From a virus: a DNA stretch of 64,000 nt. The DNA is taken from the IMG/VR virus record IMGVR_UViG_3300005077_000572, positions 9,131 through 73,130 of that record; one strand, 5' to 3'. The notes under the pieces were generated by a model. It worked only from the letters and a program-made list of their open reading frames with translations. It made no database searches and was not told the DNA's origin. Made by a program: the position numbers and the translations under genes. Shown here piece by piece: positions 36,296-45,407 of the stretch. How positions within the stretch are numbered: the first letter of the stretch is position 1; each line of letters begins with the position of its first letter.

Positions 36296-36511
36296 CTAAA
36301 TTAACTTATAAGCCAATGCGGCGACTCCGGTAACGCTCATAACCAAATTGGTTACAATCAACGAATGTTCGCGCCACATAAGTGCCACTGCCACTGCCAG
36401 CCAAATAAATCCACCCACTGCTAGAATTATAGGACCCAGGGGATAGTATCCAGTCCATTGACTGCAGTTCCAATGATTAATGTGGCGGTTGCCAACCACT
36501 TCAAATACCAA
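36296..36511 (-). CDS. Small membrane protein
   Basis: Two hydrophobic helices; exact start uncertain. Confidence 0.45.
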   Translation of the reverse strand: MVFEVVGNRHINHWNCSQWTGYYPLGPIILAVGGFIWLAVAVALMWREHSLIVTNLVMSVTGVAALAYKLI

Positions 36512-36531
36512 TCTAGTTTCTTCATATCATC

Positions 36532-36560
36532 ATTGTAGCAAATCTGCGAATTTAGGTCAA
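36532..36560 (-). promoter_or_regulatory. sigma70-like promoter
   Basis: TTGACC-N17-TACAAT; 22/27 nt identical to the 36264-36290 promoter. Confidence 0.6.
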
Positions 36561-36561
36561 A

Positions 36562-36882
36562 TCATGTATGTTCGACAATTTCAATGCCAGCGTGTTTGAT
36601 TGCTAACTGGCATATTTCACAGGGGCATGCCGACACTGGATTACCATCATTATCATAGCGTTCAATGACGATACGGTGTGCACGTGTCCAGTCTTTGAGT
36701 CGCACAAGTGCTTGAATTTCAGCATGCAAATAGATGGCTTTGTCCCGACCGGCACGTTTAGCTAGACGGCTCTGGAGGGGGTGGGTTTTATTGTAGGAGT
36801 TTTCACCAGTTGAAAGAACTCTACCACGCTTGTCGTAGATTGTGGCAGTCAACTTGAATTTTTTCTTGGAACGATTACACAT
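36562..36882 (-). CDS. Zinc-dependent cytidine/deoxycytidylate deaminase-like protein
   Basis: LHAEI and CPCEIC motifs. Confidence 0.8.
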   Translation of the reverse strand: MCNRSKKKFKLTATIYDKRGRVLSTGENSYNKTHPLQSRLAKRAGRDKAIYLHAEIQALVRLKDWTRAHRIVIERYDNDGNPVSACPCEICQLAIKHAGIEIVEHT

Positions 36883-36890
36883 ATAGACAC

Positions 36891-36919
36891 AGTATAAAGT
36901 AAAACGTTTTACTTGTCAA
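36891..36919 (-). promoter_or_regulatory. Near-consensus sigma70 promoter containing an 18-bp perfect palindrome
   Basis: TTGACA-N17-TATACT; AAGTAAAACGTTTTACTT at 36897-36914. Confidence 0.75.
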
Positions 36920-36923
36920 ATCA

Positions 36924-36951
36924 GAAAAAAAGGCAGTATACAATACTGCCC
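36924..36951 (-). terminator. Intrinsic terminator
   Basis: GGCAGTAT-N3-ATACTGCC followed by a U-run on the minus strand, after uvsY. Confidence 0.75.
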
Positions 36952-36955
36952 TGAA

Positions 36956-37414
36956 TTATAGACTTACATCCTCGAGGCCGGCGGCACGTAATTTTACAAT
37001 ATTGTTAATCTGAAATTGTTTTGCATCCAGACCCTTGGATATACCCATGAATTTATTTCTTAGCAGAGCAAACTCATTGATTAGATGTTGTTGATTTACC
37101 ACATCAGGATCACCGTCGACATACTTTTCAGCGTCACGACTTGTAAGTTGTCGATTATAATGCTCTAGAAATTTTCTAAATCGTTCACTGCGCAGTTTTC
37201 TGAGTTCAATATTTAAATATTCAAGAATACTTTCAATTTCCTGTAGTTGCCCAAATCTGGACTCCACTACACCCGGCATGTCACGACTATGTTTTTCAAT
37301 ATTGCCATGCAACGAAAGTTCTCGCCGTGCATTGGCTAATTCAGTTTCATAGTAATCGATAGCTTGGATTATATTACCTAGATCTTCTTTAACACGCAAC
37401 AGCCAGTTAGCCAT
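36956..37414 (-). CDS. uvsY: Recombination mediator UvsY-like
   Basis: Helical; YLE.Y...LTSRDAEKYVDG; KGLD.KQFQINNIVKLR.AG. Confidence 0.8.
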   Translation of the reverse strand: MANWLLRVKEDLGNIIQAIDYYETELANARRELSLHGNIEKHSRDMPGVVESRFGQLQEIESILEYLNIELRKLRSERFRKFLEHYNRQLTSRDAEKYVDGDPDVVNQQHLINEFALLRNKFMGISKGLDAKQFQINNIVKLRAAGLEDVSL

Positions 37415-37416
37415 TT

Positions 37417-37665
37417 TTACCACTCGTCATCTTCGTAATCTTCAACTTCATCAAGTTCAGGAGCATACTCACGCAGAGCGCGGTCTAGTGTACTGCACAT
37501 GCCGAACATTTCTGATGCTGAAGATTCTAAATCACACAGTGCAGTTTCTTCAATAGCACTTAAAAAATGTTCGGCTGCCTGAGCACGATCCTTGGATGGT
37601 ATATAATTTTTCATGCTAACCCAGAGTTCAGCTAGGCTAGCGGCGTCATTATTGGACAGTTTCAT
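37417..37665 (-). CDS. Hypothetical protein
   Basis: 82 aa between uvsX and uvsY. Confidence 0.6.
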   Translation of the reverse strand: MKLSNNDAASLAELWVSMKNYIPSKDRAQAAEHFLSAIEETALCDLESSASEMFGMCSTLDRALREYAPELDEVEDYEDDEW

Positions 37666-38791
37666 CGTTGGTAAATTCCTTTTGATCTACCGAATCAGTC
37701 TGATTCGAATCATCAAGGTTATTTACCACTTCACCGGCTTCAACATCGGTAGAAACAGTGATATCGTTATATTCTGCCATGATTTTGTCAAGGCATCCGT
37801 TATCATTACGTTCCCAGCCTTTGCGGAACGAGCTAGTTACTTCACCAGTGACCAAGCTCACATATTCCAGTTTATTACCGGATTTTTTAAGAATCCCAGC
37901 ACGCTCAAAGAAGTCCACCAAACCACTGTAGGGACTCATACCGGTTTCATAGGGGATTTCGACCTGAACACTTTCGAAAGGTTTAGCATAACGTGTCTTC
38001 ATGATTTTACATGCGGCACGAATACCGTGTACTTCTGATGTCTTGTTGCCGTCGGCATCGGTCTTGAGCTTCAATTTACGCATGGCAACTACAATACTGC
38101 TGGCATAGATAAAGCCCTGTCCACCGCTGATTTTATCATCGGGATCAAACATGTCCTGACTGGCGTATGTGTGGTTTGTCACTACCATACCAACATTATA
38201 ATCGCCAAACATGTTTACACAGTTACGAACCAGAGCGGCCAGTGCCTTGGGTTTACGACCCATGTCACCTTTGAGGTCACCGCGACTGAATTGATCCACG
38301 TCTGTGGGTGTCAACAACATACCTAGACTATCAATCACAAACAGTATCTTGGGCCTGTCCTCGGGATCTTTGTCGGCATAGTCCTTCTTGTACTCGGTCA
38401 TAAAATCATTGATGACCTTGGCTACATCGTCGATCATAGCCATGTTGAGCTTCAGCAGTTTTTCTTCGGAAGTATCTACTTCCAGGGCATGCAACCACTT
38501 CTCGTCAAGAGCGTTTTCTGTATCAACCAGAACAACAAAGATACCCTGCTGTTGAGCATTGCGTACAATGTTACCGCTGGCAATATAACTTTTACCAGCA
38601 CCGGATTCCCCGGCAAGAACAGTTACCTTGCCCAGTGGAATTCCTTTGTGGAAATCGCCACTGATTAGTTTGTTTAATGTGTAATTGCCAGTGCTTACCC
38701 AGGTATCAGGATCGCGAAATCCCACGCTCATACCCGGAACAGACTTTGTGATAGATTTTCTAAATTTACTGGCGTCAAAAGGTTTAGTCAT
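37649..38791 (-). CDS. uvsX: RecA/UvsX recombinase
   Basis: GESGAGKS, VDTENALD, VIDSLGML, VTNHTY, SGG.GFIYASS. Confidence 0.95.
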   Translation of the reverse strand: MTKPFDASKFRKSITKSVPGMSVGFRDPDTWVSTGNYTLNKLISGDFHKGIPLGKVTVLAGESGAGKSYIASGNIVRNAQQQGIFVVLVDTENALDEKWLHALEVDTSEEKLLKLNMAMIDDVAKVINDFMTEYKKDYADKDPEDRPKILFVIDSLGMLLTPTDVDQFSRGDLKGDMGRKPKALAALVRNCVNMFGDYNVGMVVTNHTYASQDMFDPDDKISGGQGFIYASSIVVAMRKLKLKTDADGNKTSEVHGIRAACKIMKTRYAKPFESVQVEIPYETGMSPYSGLVDFFERAGILKKSGNKLEYVSLVTGEVTSSFRKGWERNDNGCLDKIMAEYNDITVSTDVEAGEVVNNLDDSNQTDSVDQKEFTNDETVQ

Positions 38792-38806
38792 GAATATCTC
38801 CAGAAA

Positions 38807-38829
38807 TGGTGGCAGATTTACTGCCACCA
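38807..38829 (-). terminator. Hairpin between ssb and uvsX (terminator or processing site)
   Basis: TGGTGGCAG-ATTTA-CTGCCACCA perfect 9-bp stem; short U-tract. Confidence 0.5.
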
Positions 38830-38841
38830 ATACAGTTATAA

Positions 38842-39822
38842 TTAACCGTTTTTACGAGCACGAATTGCTGCTAGAATGTCCTGTGCGCTGGGGCTTCCTG
38901 CTGTGGCAGGGCGCGGCGCTTCTGCAGTGGCGGTGGCCACTGGTGCAGATTGGGCAGGGGCTCGTGTTACTGGCTCATCATCAACATCGTCCATCACCGC
39001 TGGTGCGGTAGGCTTGCTGGCACCGGTGTCAATTTGAACACCTGCTGGACGATAGAATGTACCCCAGCGAGCTGGATCATACAACTGACCATCAACACTG
39101 GCTTCGAACATTTCGAAAATTGCATGAAGTTCTTCAGCGTTGGGTTTCTTGGGCATGAAGTCATTGAGGTTAAACAATCCATGTTCGACAATGGCGTTGC
39201 GCTCAACTTCATTTAGACTACGCTCACGACGAGCCCAGTTACTGGTGCTGTAGTCAGCGTACTGACCTTTAGTAGTCTTGGTAAGTTTAAAGTCTGTGCC
39301 TTGTTCGTAATCTGTGGGGATTTCAGGGAAATCTGGATCCATCAGAGCAGACTTAATGATGTTAAAAATGCTGGGATTAATAACAAACCGACGGATGGGA
39401 TTTTCTGGAGTTGAATCTTCCTGGACGGGGCTGTCAACAACGAAGCCCTGGAACAAGTATGATTTCTTTTTCCAGTATTTACGGCCAAGATCTTCCATTG
39501 CGGGATCTTTAAACCAGGGACGAATTTCTGCATGGATCGGGCATGTCTCACCCCACATTTCCATACAGGGCACCGTGACGATCACGGGCTTATGTTCATC
39601 ACCACCTTTGACTCCGCTGAAGGGAATACGAATCATCTGACGCTCACGCCAGAAATAGGTATTTGATGCATCTGAGTCGGGTAGGAAACGGATTGTTGCG
39701 GTCTGACCTTCGGGAATGTTCCAGAATGCGTAGACGCCATTGTCACCGCTAAATTGTGCTTTGCCAGCACCACGATTTTCTTGTGCAAGTAGTTTTGCAC
39801 GAATTTCAGCCAAAGTTGCCAT
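38842..39822 (-). CDS. Single-stranded DNA-binding protein (T4 gp32-like)
   Basis: IRFLPD, PC.EMWGETCPI, YWKKKSY, GTDFKLTKT, YSTSNW. Confidence 0.9.
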   Translation of the reverse strand: MATLAEIRAKLLAQENRGAGKAQFSGDNGVYAFWNIPEGQTATIRFLPDSDASNTYFWRERQMIRIPFSGVKGGDEHKPVIVTVPCMEMWGETCPIHAEIRPWFKDPAMEDLGRKYWKKKSYLFQGFVVDSPVQEDSTPENPIRRFVINPSIFNIIKSALMDPDFPEIPTDYEQGTDFKLTKTTKGQYADYSTSNWARRERSLNEVERNAIVEHGLFNLNDFMPKKPNAEELHAIFEMFEASVDGQLYDPARWGTFYRPAGVQIDTGASKPTAPAVMDDVDDEPVTRAPAQSAPVATATAEAPRPATAGSPSAQDILAAIRARKNG

Positions 39823-39902
39823 AGTTTTCTCCTAAATAATAGCCTATAAAAATTGCCTAAGTTTTTTGCCTAGTGTATCTGGTAAACTTATGCGTACCAC
39901 AT

Positions 39903-39931
39903 ACTTTAATGTAATTGATAATTTATGTCAA
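39903..39931 (-). promoter_or_regulatory. sigma70-like promoter for ssb
   Basis: TTGACA-N17-TAAAGT. Confidence 0.6.
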
Positions 39932-39933
39932 TA

Positions 39934-41265
39934 TCAATTTAAGAAATTTTGTGTGTCTAACTTCTTAAGTGAATCTTCAATCGCATCAACTACACTGGTC
40001 ACAGCGTCCTTGACAGACTCTGTTGTTCTAGACTCTTGTACTTTAACACTGCTGTAAAGATATGTCAATAGCTTTTCAACAATTGTCAATTGACGAGCAT
40101 CTAGATCGGCGATGTCTTCACCAAGCTGACCAAGCATGGATCTGATATCTTCATCGACGACATACTGCGACAAATACGCTGATGATCCCGACAGTCTGTC
40201 GATCTGGTTCTCAAATTGACGGTTGTCTGGATGATCAGGATCTGCTGGATTGAGCGGTTCGCTTAGTGCGAACACCGCTCGTTCCATGACTTTATTAACA
40301 AATGATTTTAATCGATCTGATCGATTTTTATTATCTGATAGTTCTCTCACTACTCGAGCAACATGCGGTAATGCTTGGGAAATTTCTTCATCAAATACAG
40401 ATTCTGAAAATTTATCAGTGATTATGTTTACATTTTCTTCTTCTAGAGAATGTTTTGTGTCACGATAACTTTCGCGATACTGCTTGTATCCCTTAGTGCT
40501 ACTGAGTGATTTGAATTGTTTTCGGATGCTGTCGAGGCGGTTGCTCACCCCTTCAAACACTCCACCTGTGTCTTCACTAATGAGTGAATTTCGTTTTGCA
40601 AAGCTTCGGAATTTCTGAAGCTGTGCATGTTCTTCTGCGAGTCTGGTAATATATGATCCAAACTGATCATAGGGATTTCCGCCTTCGCGTATATGACGCA
40701 ACATTGCACGTGCGCCGTTTAAATTGATATAGGGAAACTTGTAACGTTCACCTTCGGCATTTTCAATAAAGATAGCATTTATATTACGACTGCGTGAACC
40801 GCGTACTTCTTCATCAACGTGTTTGCGGTGACGTATAATTATACGAGCACTTTCTAACGTCTGATAACTACTGCGGGTACTGCCGTAGGGTTTACTCAAA
40901 CTTTCCTGAACTGGTTCTGCGGCCGCGGCTTTTGCTTGATAGGCAAAATCACGTGGTTCAATATCCTTGCCAAATGTTCTCAGTGTATACTCTATAATGT
41001 TACGAGATGCTAGATTTCGTAGATTGTTTAGCAGTGGTTTAATAGATTCAATGTCAGTACTGGCACTGACACTTACTTTTAATTCTGTTTTTTCGTCAGT
41101 GTCTTCGATGTTGACCATCACTTTGGTGTCTTTGCAGTAAAATCTGCGTGCTTCAGCTGGATCTACGGTGCTACGACCATCATCGGTAAACAGCTCAAGT
41201 ACAGCGCCGTGGCCCTTGATTACCTTAAAAACTTGTTCACTAAACTTATCTAAATTAATTGCCAT
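39934..41265 (-). CDS. Conserved jumbo-phage hypothetical (probable head) protein
   Basis: 443 aa directly after terminase; late motif at 41271-41277; SRSRNINAIFIEN.EGERYKFP. Confidence 0.65.
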   Translation of the reverse strand: MAINLDKFSEQVFKVIKGHGAVLELFTDDGRSTVDPAEARRFYCKDTKVMVNIEDTDEKTELKVSVSASTDIESIKPLLNNLRNLASRNIIEYTLRTFGKDIEPRDFAYQAKAAAAEPVQESLSKPYGSTRSSYQTLESARIIIRHRKHVDEEVRGSRSRNINAIFIENAEGERYKFPYINLNGARAMLRHIREGGNPYDQFGSYITRLAEEHAQLQKFRSFAKRNSLISEDTGGVFEGVSNRLDSIRKQFKSLSSTKGYKQYRESYRDTKHSLEEENVNIITDKFSESVFDEEISQALPHVARVVRELSDNKNRSDRLKSFVNKVMERAVFALSEPLNPADPDHPDNRQFENQIDRLSGSSAYLSQYVVDEDIRSMLGQLGEDIADLDARQLTIVEKLLTYLYSSVKVQESRTTESVKDAVTSVVDAIEDSLKKLDTQNFLN

Positions 41266-41281
41266 ATTATTATTTATGATT

Positions 41282-42841
41282 TTAAATCAGACCAATGGGC
41301 ATTGGCATTAACATTTCATCATCAGCAAAACTGTCCCTGAGATCGTCAAACGTTGTTTCATCATACTGACTGACCACCATGGTCATGCGAACTACTAGCA
41401 GTGTTGCCATGACTAAGTCGTCGGTTTCGCCGGGCTTGGCTGCATAACTGTTCGAAGCACTTGCCACAAAGTTTTTAACTTCTCGCAGAAGATTTTTGCT
41501 TTTAATTTTTAATTTGTTACCTTCGACCCACTGTTTGAACTTCGCGCAGGCAGTTAACTTGCTTCGGTTAGTGGTGTTGAATCCTCGTCTAAGACTACGG
41601 GCGGCGCCGGGTTTCTTGGGTTCGCTCAGGAATGTTCCAGGTATGTTTTCCTCGCCCATTTCACTGACCACCACAAGTGCTGCTTCGCCAAGAGTATTGT
41701 TTTCAATACTCCAGTAAATTTCACTTCTGGGTGCACGCTCCTGTATCTGTTCGCAGATGTCTTTGAGTACACGTATCTGTCCCTGCACTGGAGTTTTATT
41801 GTGTTGCCACTCGGCTACCTGTGTCATACCAGGTAGTGCGTATACTTGTATCGCGGCCGCATCACCACCAGTGCCCAGACTGGGATCTAGCCCCACAACA
41901 TAAGTGTGACCATCACGTATGGTATCATACCAGCGTATCTGACCAGTTTTGTGTAGTGGTTCCTCTGCCGTCATATTAACCAGGTGTAGACTGTTGATCA
42001 ACGTTTCATCAAACACAATAAACTCGTTCAAATGCTCGCGACGAAAACGTTCTTCACCAATCTTACCTCGCTCAACACTGGCCCAGATTTCATCACGATC
42101 CGGGTGCGCAGTCCAGTCTGCACTGAAACCCTTGAATCCGTTTTTGCCCACTGCAGTGGTGTTACCATATTCGTCCACACATTTAATGGCGTCCTTCCAG
42201 ATCTGTGCGAACTGGTCGTCATCCTGATTAGGGGTACTGGTAATAATACATTTACCGCCGGTGGACAATGTAGGCGACAATGATGTCCAGAATTCCTTGG
42301 CGATATTGGGTCTTACGAACGCAAATTCGTCCAGATAGGCCAGTGATATAGAAAGACCACGGCCAGTGTTTTCTGTAGTGGCCTGTGCAATGATCCTACT
42401 GCCGTTGTCAAATTCAATACTGCCTTTGTTATAACTCACAGCACCGGCACGCAAATAGTCTGGCAGTGTTTCATAGGCAAATCGTATTCGGCTCATGATT
42501 TCCTGGGCACCACTGTATTTGTGTGCTGCGATCAGTATAGTCTGATCGGGGTTAAACATAGCGTACCAGAGTAGGTATCCGGCCGCGGCCGTGGACTTAC
42601 CCATCTGTCGGCTAATCAATGCAATACTGTAGCGGTAATTGTGATAGGTATCAACTAGTTCTTTCTGATAATCAAATAGCCCGAATCGCATGCGACCCTT
42701 TGTGGGATGCTGAATCCAGCAATGATTAATCATAAAGTATTTTGGATCCATGGCGCAACGTGCTATTTCTTGAATTTGTTGTGAAGACAACTTATCCAAT
42801 CGATAGGGTTTTTTGACTAGATCTGTATTGGCAGTGCTCAT
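41282..42841 (-). CDS. terL: Terminase large subunit (T4 gp17-like)
   Basis: LFDYQ, SRQMGKS, YLDEFAFV, ITSTP, GLDPSLG.GGD, DDLVMA. Confidence 0.97.
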   Translation of the reverse strand: MSTANTDLVKKPYRLDKLSSQQIQEIARCAMDPKYFMINHCWIQHPTKGRMRFGLFDYQKELVDTYHNYRYSIALISRQMGKSTAAAGYLLWYAMFNPDQTILIAAHKYSGAQEIMSRIRFAYETLPDYLRAGAVSYNKGSIEFDNGSRIIAQATTENTGRGLSISLAYLDEFAFVRPNIAKEFWTSLSPTLSTGGKCIITSTPNQDDDQFAQIWKDAIKCVDEYGNTTAVGKNGFKGFSADWTAHPDRDEIWASVERGKIGEERFRREHLNEFIVFDETLINSLHLVNMTAEEPLHKTGQIRWYDTIRDGHTYVVGLDPSLGTGGDAAAIQVYALPGMTQVAEWQHNKTPVQGQIRVLKDICEQIQERAPRSEIYWSIENNTLGEAALVVVSEMGEENIPGTFLSEPKKPGAARSLRRGFNTTNRSKLTACAKFKQWVEGNKLKIKSKNLLREVKNFVASASNSYAAKPGETDDLVMATLLVVRMTMVVSQYDETTFDDLRDSFADDEMLMPMPIGLI

Positions 42842-42846
42842 ATAAT

Positions 42847-42854
42847 TATTTATA
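42847..42854 (-). promoter_or_regulatory. T4-type late promoter TATAAATA
   Basis: Exact consensus just upstream of terL. Confidence 0.65.
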
Positions 42855-42855
42855 G

Positions 42856-42885
42856 ACAGAAAAGGGGCCCAGCCCCAGTTTCTGT
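42856..42885 (-). terminator. Intrinsic terminator
   Basis: GGGGC-N3-GCCCC core with flanking ACAGAAA/TTTCTGT and a U-run on the minus strand. Confidence 0.65.
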
Positions 42886-42899
42886 ATCTTGTGTATTAA

Positions 42900-43847
42900 T
42901 TATTTGTCGGAAATTTTATGTTTAGTAACTTTTCCTGACCACTTGGGTAACTTGATATCTTTACCGGTGGCACCGAATGGTGAAAAATCCCAGTTCTTGA
43001 CTTCGCCAGTGGCGCTGTCGGCACCCTTTTTAGGACGGCCGCGGCCTTTCTTCACACCAGTGTCTTTCTTGGCCAGTGCCTCTTTTTCTTCGTCACTGGG
43101 GTCATAGCTAGTACCGTAAGTGCCTTTATGACGATAAACTTTAGACTCGGCTTCAGCCATGGCTTTAGTTTTCTTAAGATCAGCGGGTGCATACTTCATG
43201 GTCTTACCGTCTTCACGTTTGACATGATAGTACTTACCGACTTCTGGTTTATCTAATTTAACTACTTTGCCAGTCATTCCGCTGGCAACACATTTAACAT
43301 GATCGCCGACCTTGAAATGATCTTCCATAACGGCTGCTTCACCAATTTTTTCTGATTTTTTCTTCTTGTCGGCAACTGCCTTCTTCATTGGTTCAGTCTT
43401 ATCGCCGTCCTTGTCCATGTCCAGGAAATCGGGTTTGGCTTTCTTGGACTCTTTGAAAATTCTGTATTCAGCACTTAGGCTTTCAAAAGTATGATCTTTG
43501 ACTGAACCGTCGTCGATGGTAACAGGATGTCCACCAACGCCAAGGTATCGACGCAGGCTAGTGTCTACTGGAGCACCAGTGGGTTGATCCATGACACGTG
43601 ATTCTGGTTCGCCGGTTTCTGCTGGAGTATTTGCCCACTCACCCATGGCATCAGCACCACATGCGACTTCAGCATCGTCAGCGTGTACACTGTCTAATTT
43701 TGCCAGTCTGCCTAGGATCGCATGGATGTCGTCAGGACCCTGTGTTACCATTGGTGATTCAGCTGGTGTTTCTGCAGGAACTGCTGCCTGTTGTGTTTTA
43801 ACAAGACCAGCAAGTCTGATCAGATCGTCGATATTATTAATGTTCAT
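42900..43847 (-). CDS. Probable internal head protein with DxDxDG motif and KOW/Tudor-like module
   Basis: LIRLAGL leader, PDFLDMDKDGD, FKVGDHVKC..SGMTGKVV, Lys-rich tail. Confidence 0.55.
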   Translation of the reverse strand: MNINNIDDLIRLAGLVKTQQAAVPAETPAESPMVTQGPDDIHAILGRLAKLDSVHADDAEVACGADAMGEWANTPAETGEPESRVMDQPTGAPVDTSLRRYLGVGGHPVTIDDGSVKDHTFESLSAEYRIFKESKKAKPDFLDMDKDGDKTEPMKKAVADKKKKSEKIGEAAVMEDHFKVGDHVKCVASGMTGKVVKLDKPEVGKYYHVKREDGKTMKYAPADLKKTKAMAEAESKVYRHKGTYGTSYDPSDEEKEALAKKDTGVKKGRGRPKKGADSATGEVKNWDFSPFGATGKDIKLPKWSGKVTKHKISDK

Positions 43848-43848
43848 T

Positions 43849-44370
43849 TTATTTCACCTTGTATTCTTTGGTTAATTTTTTACGTGCCTTGGTTAATTCA
43901 TCAATGAATCTTGTTTTATGACGTTCGCCATAAAACTTGTCGGCTTTGGGATTCTTTACTTCTGAATAAGAATCATTGGTTAATAAAGCATCGGCACGGC
44001 GTGCAAGATCTTCAATACTCTCCATGCTTTCAACGTCGGCCTGCTCACCGGGTTCCAGTTTGTTTCTAACACGAATAAACGCCTCACCGATTTCTAGTTT
44101 TTCAATTAATTCATTTACTAGTACAGCAGGGCTCAGTGGCAGTCTTGTTTTAAAATCAATGATGTAGATTTCAGCAGCATTTAAATTATAAAAATCCAGT
44201 GGTGCTCGCTGAAGAATTGTTCTTTTAGGTGTTTCAACATCAAAGGCGTCGTACTTGCGCAGGTGCTTTTCCAATAAATCCAATTGATCATCAGAAAGTT
44301 CAACTGCAGTCTTGAGACGGAACTCATGAACTTTTGCGCCTTCGGCCAAATATTTTTGTAAACTTTTCAT
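43849..44370 (-). CDS. Putative prohead core protein
   Basis: MKSLQKYLAE resembles the T4 capsid-targeting leader MKTYQEFIAE. Confidence 0.5.
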   Translation of the reverse strand: MKSLQKYLAEGAKVHEFRLKTAVELSDDQLDLLEKHLRKYDAFDVETPKRTILQRAPLDFYNLNAAEIYIIDFKTRLPLSPAVLVNELIEKLEIGEAFIRVRNKLEPGEQADVESMESIEDLARRADALLTNDSYSEVKNPKADKFYGERHKTRFIDELTKARKKLTKEYKVK

Positions 44371-44407
44371 AGTTTTACTCCAGTACGTTACTATTTAGCA
44401 TAAATTA

Positions 44408-44938
44408 TTATTTTTCCTGCTTCATCTGATTCATAATAGCACTGATAATTTCATTTCTATCAACTACTACTTCACCAATGCCCTCGATTGGGGATTCCTC
44501 AGCGTCGCTGGCTTCTCGAGACATCTGCCATTCTAGTTTTTTTTCTTCAAGATCTAATTTTTTCTTCTGCATCTGCATCTGAATTAATTTTAATTTTTTG
44601 TCTAGTTTAGATTGCTTGGCAGTTATTGCATTAGACATCATTTTGGCTGCGGCTTCAAACACCGAGGCTGCGTGGCGATCCTCTACGTTCTGTCCCAGAT
44701 CCATGAGGTCCTTGAATGCACCCATGGCTTGATCAGCATATGTATCCATGTCAAGGTCCAGTTGTTCAAGTCCCTTGACTGGTGCTAGTGCTCGATCAAT
44801 CTTGTCGGCTTCCTGTAATGCAGACTGTAGTACGTCAATGTCAGTGGTTTCTGGAATGGCAAAATCAGAATCATTTTCCGACTCATTGACACTATCCAGT
44901 GGTGGTAGGTTAAACACTTGCTCTAATTTTTTAGTCAT
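44408..44938 (-). CDS. Coiled-coil protein, possible terminase small subunit
   Basis: Helical, close to terL and gp4; assignment is positional only. Confidence 0.4.
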   Translation of the reverse strand: MTKKLEQVFNLPPLDSVNESENDSDFAIPETTDIDVLQSALQEADKIDRALAPVKGLEQLDLDMDTYADQAMGAFKDLMDLGQNVEDRHAASVFEAAAKMMSNAITAKQSKLDKKLKLIQMQMQKKKLDLEEKKLEWQMSREASDAEESPIEGIGEVVVDRNEIISAIMNQMKQEK

Positions 44939-45387
44939 TTTCGTTTACTTTTTTTCTTACTACCCTGTGGCGAGCGAAATATTTCATTTTCAGTAATGAT
45001 ACGAAACCCCATACCCTGCTGGCCAGCCCACTGCCGTGCCATTTTCCATTTTGCTTCATTAATAATAGCGTGTGCTTTATCATAATTGCTAGTAGCGTTA
45101 CCAACAATTTGTTTGCTGGGTTTTATTTCTACGATTTCAGCATGTTTTTTTCCAGCCATGTCTTCATAAATTATAAAGAAGTCAGGAACATAATTTGTGG
45201 GTTTACCGCTGAGTGGGTTAATATAGGGTATACGATGACTTTCGCTGGCCCAGCCTAGTATATTGGGGTGACGATCACACATACGCATGAACTGTAATTC
45301 CCAACCACTGCGATATCTTGGTAAATGTTTACCTAGATATTTTTCTTTATTGATTGGTTCATACACACCCTGTTGGAATTTGGCCAT
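44935..45387 (-). CDS. Head completion nuclease (T4 gp4 / TnsA-like)
   Basis: YRSGWE, WASE, YVPDF, EIKP, AKW, FRIITE. Confidence 0.9.
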   Translation of the reverse strand: MAKFQQGVYEPINKEKYLGKHLPRYRSGWELQFMRMCDRHPNILGWASESHRIPYINPLSGKPTNYVPDFFIIYEDMAGKKHAEIVEIKPSKQIVGNATSNYDKAHAIINEAKWKMARQWAGQQGMGFRIITENEIFRSPQGSKKKSKRK

Positions 45388-45407
45388 GCAGATATTTATT
45401 GTTGTAA

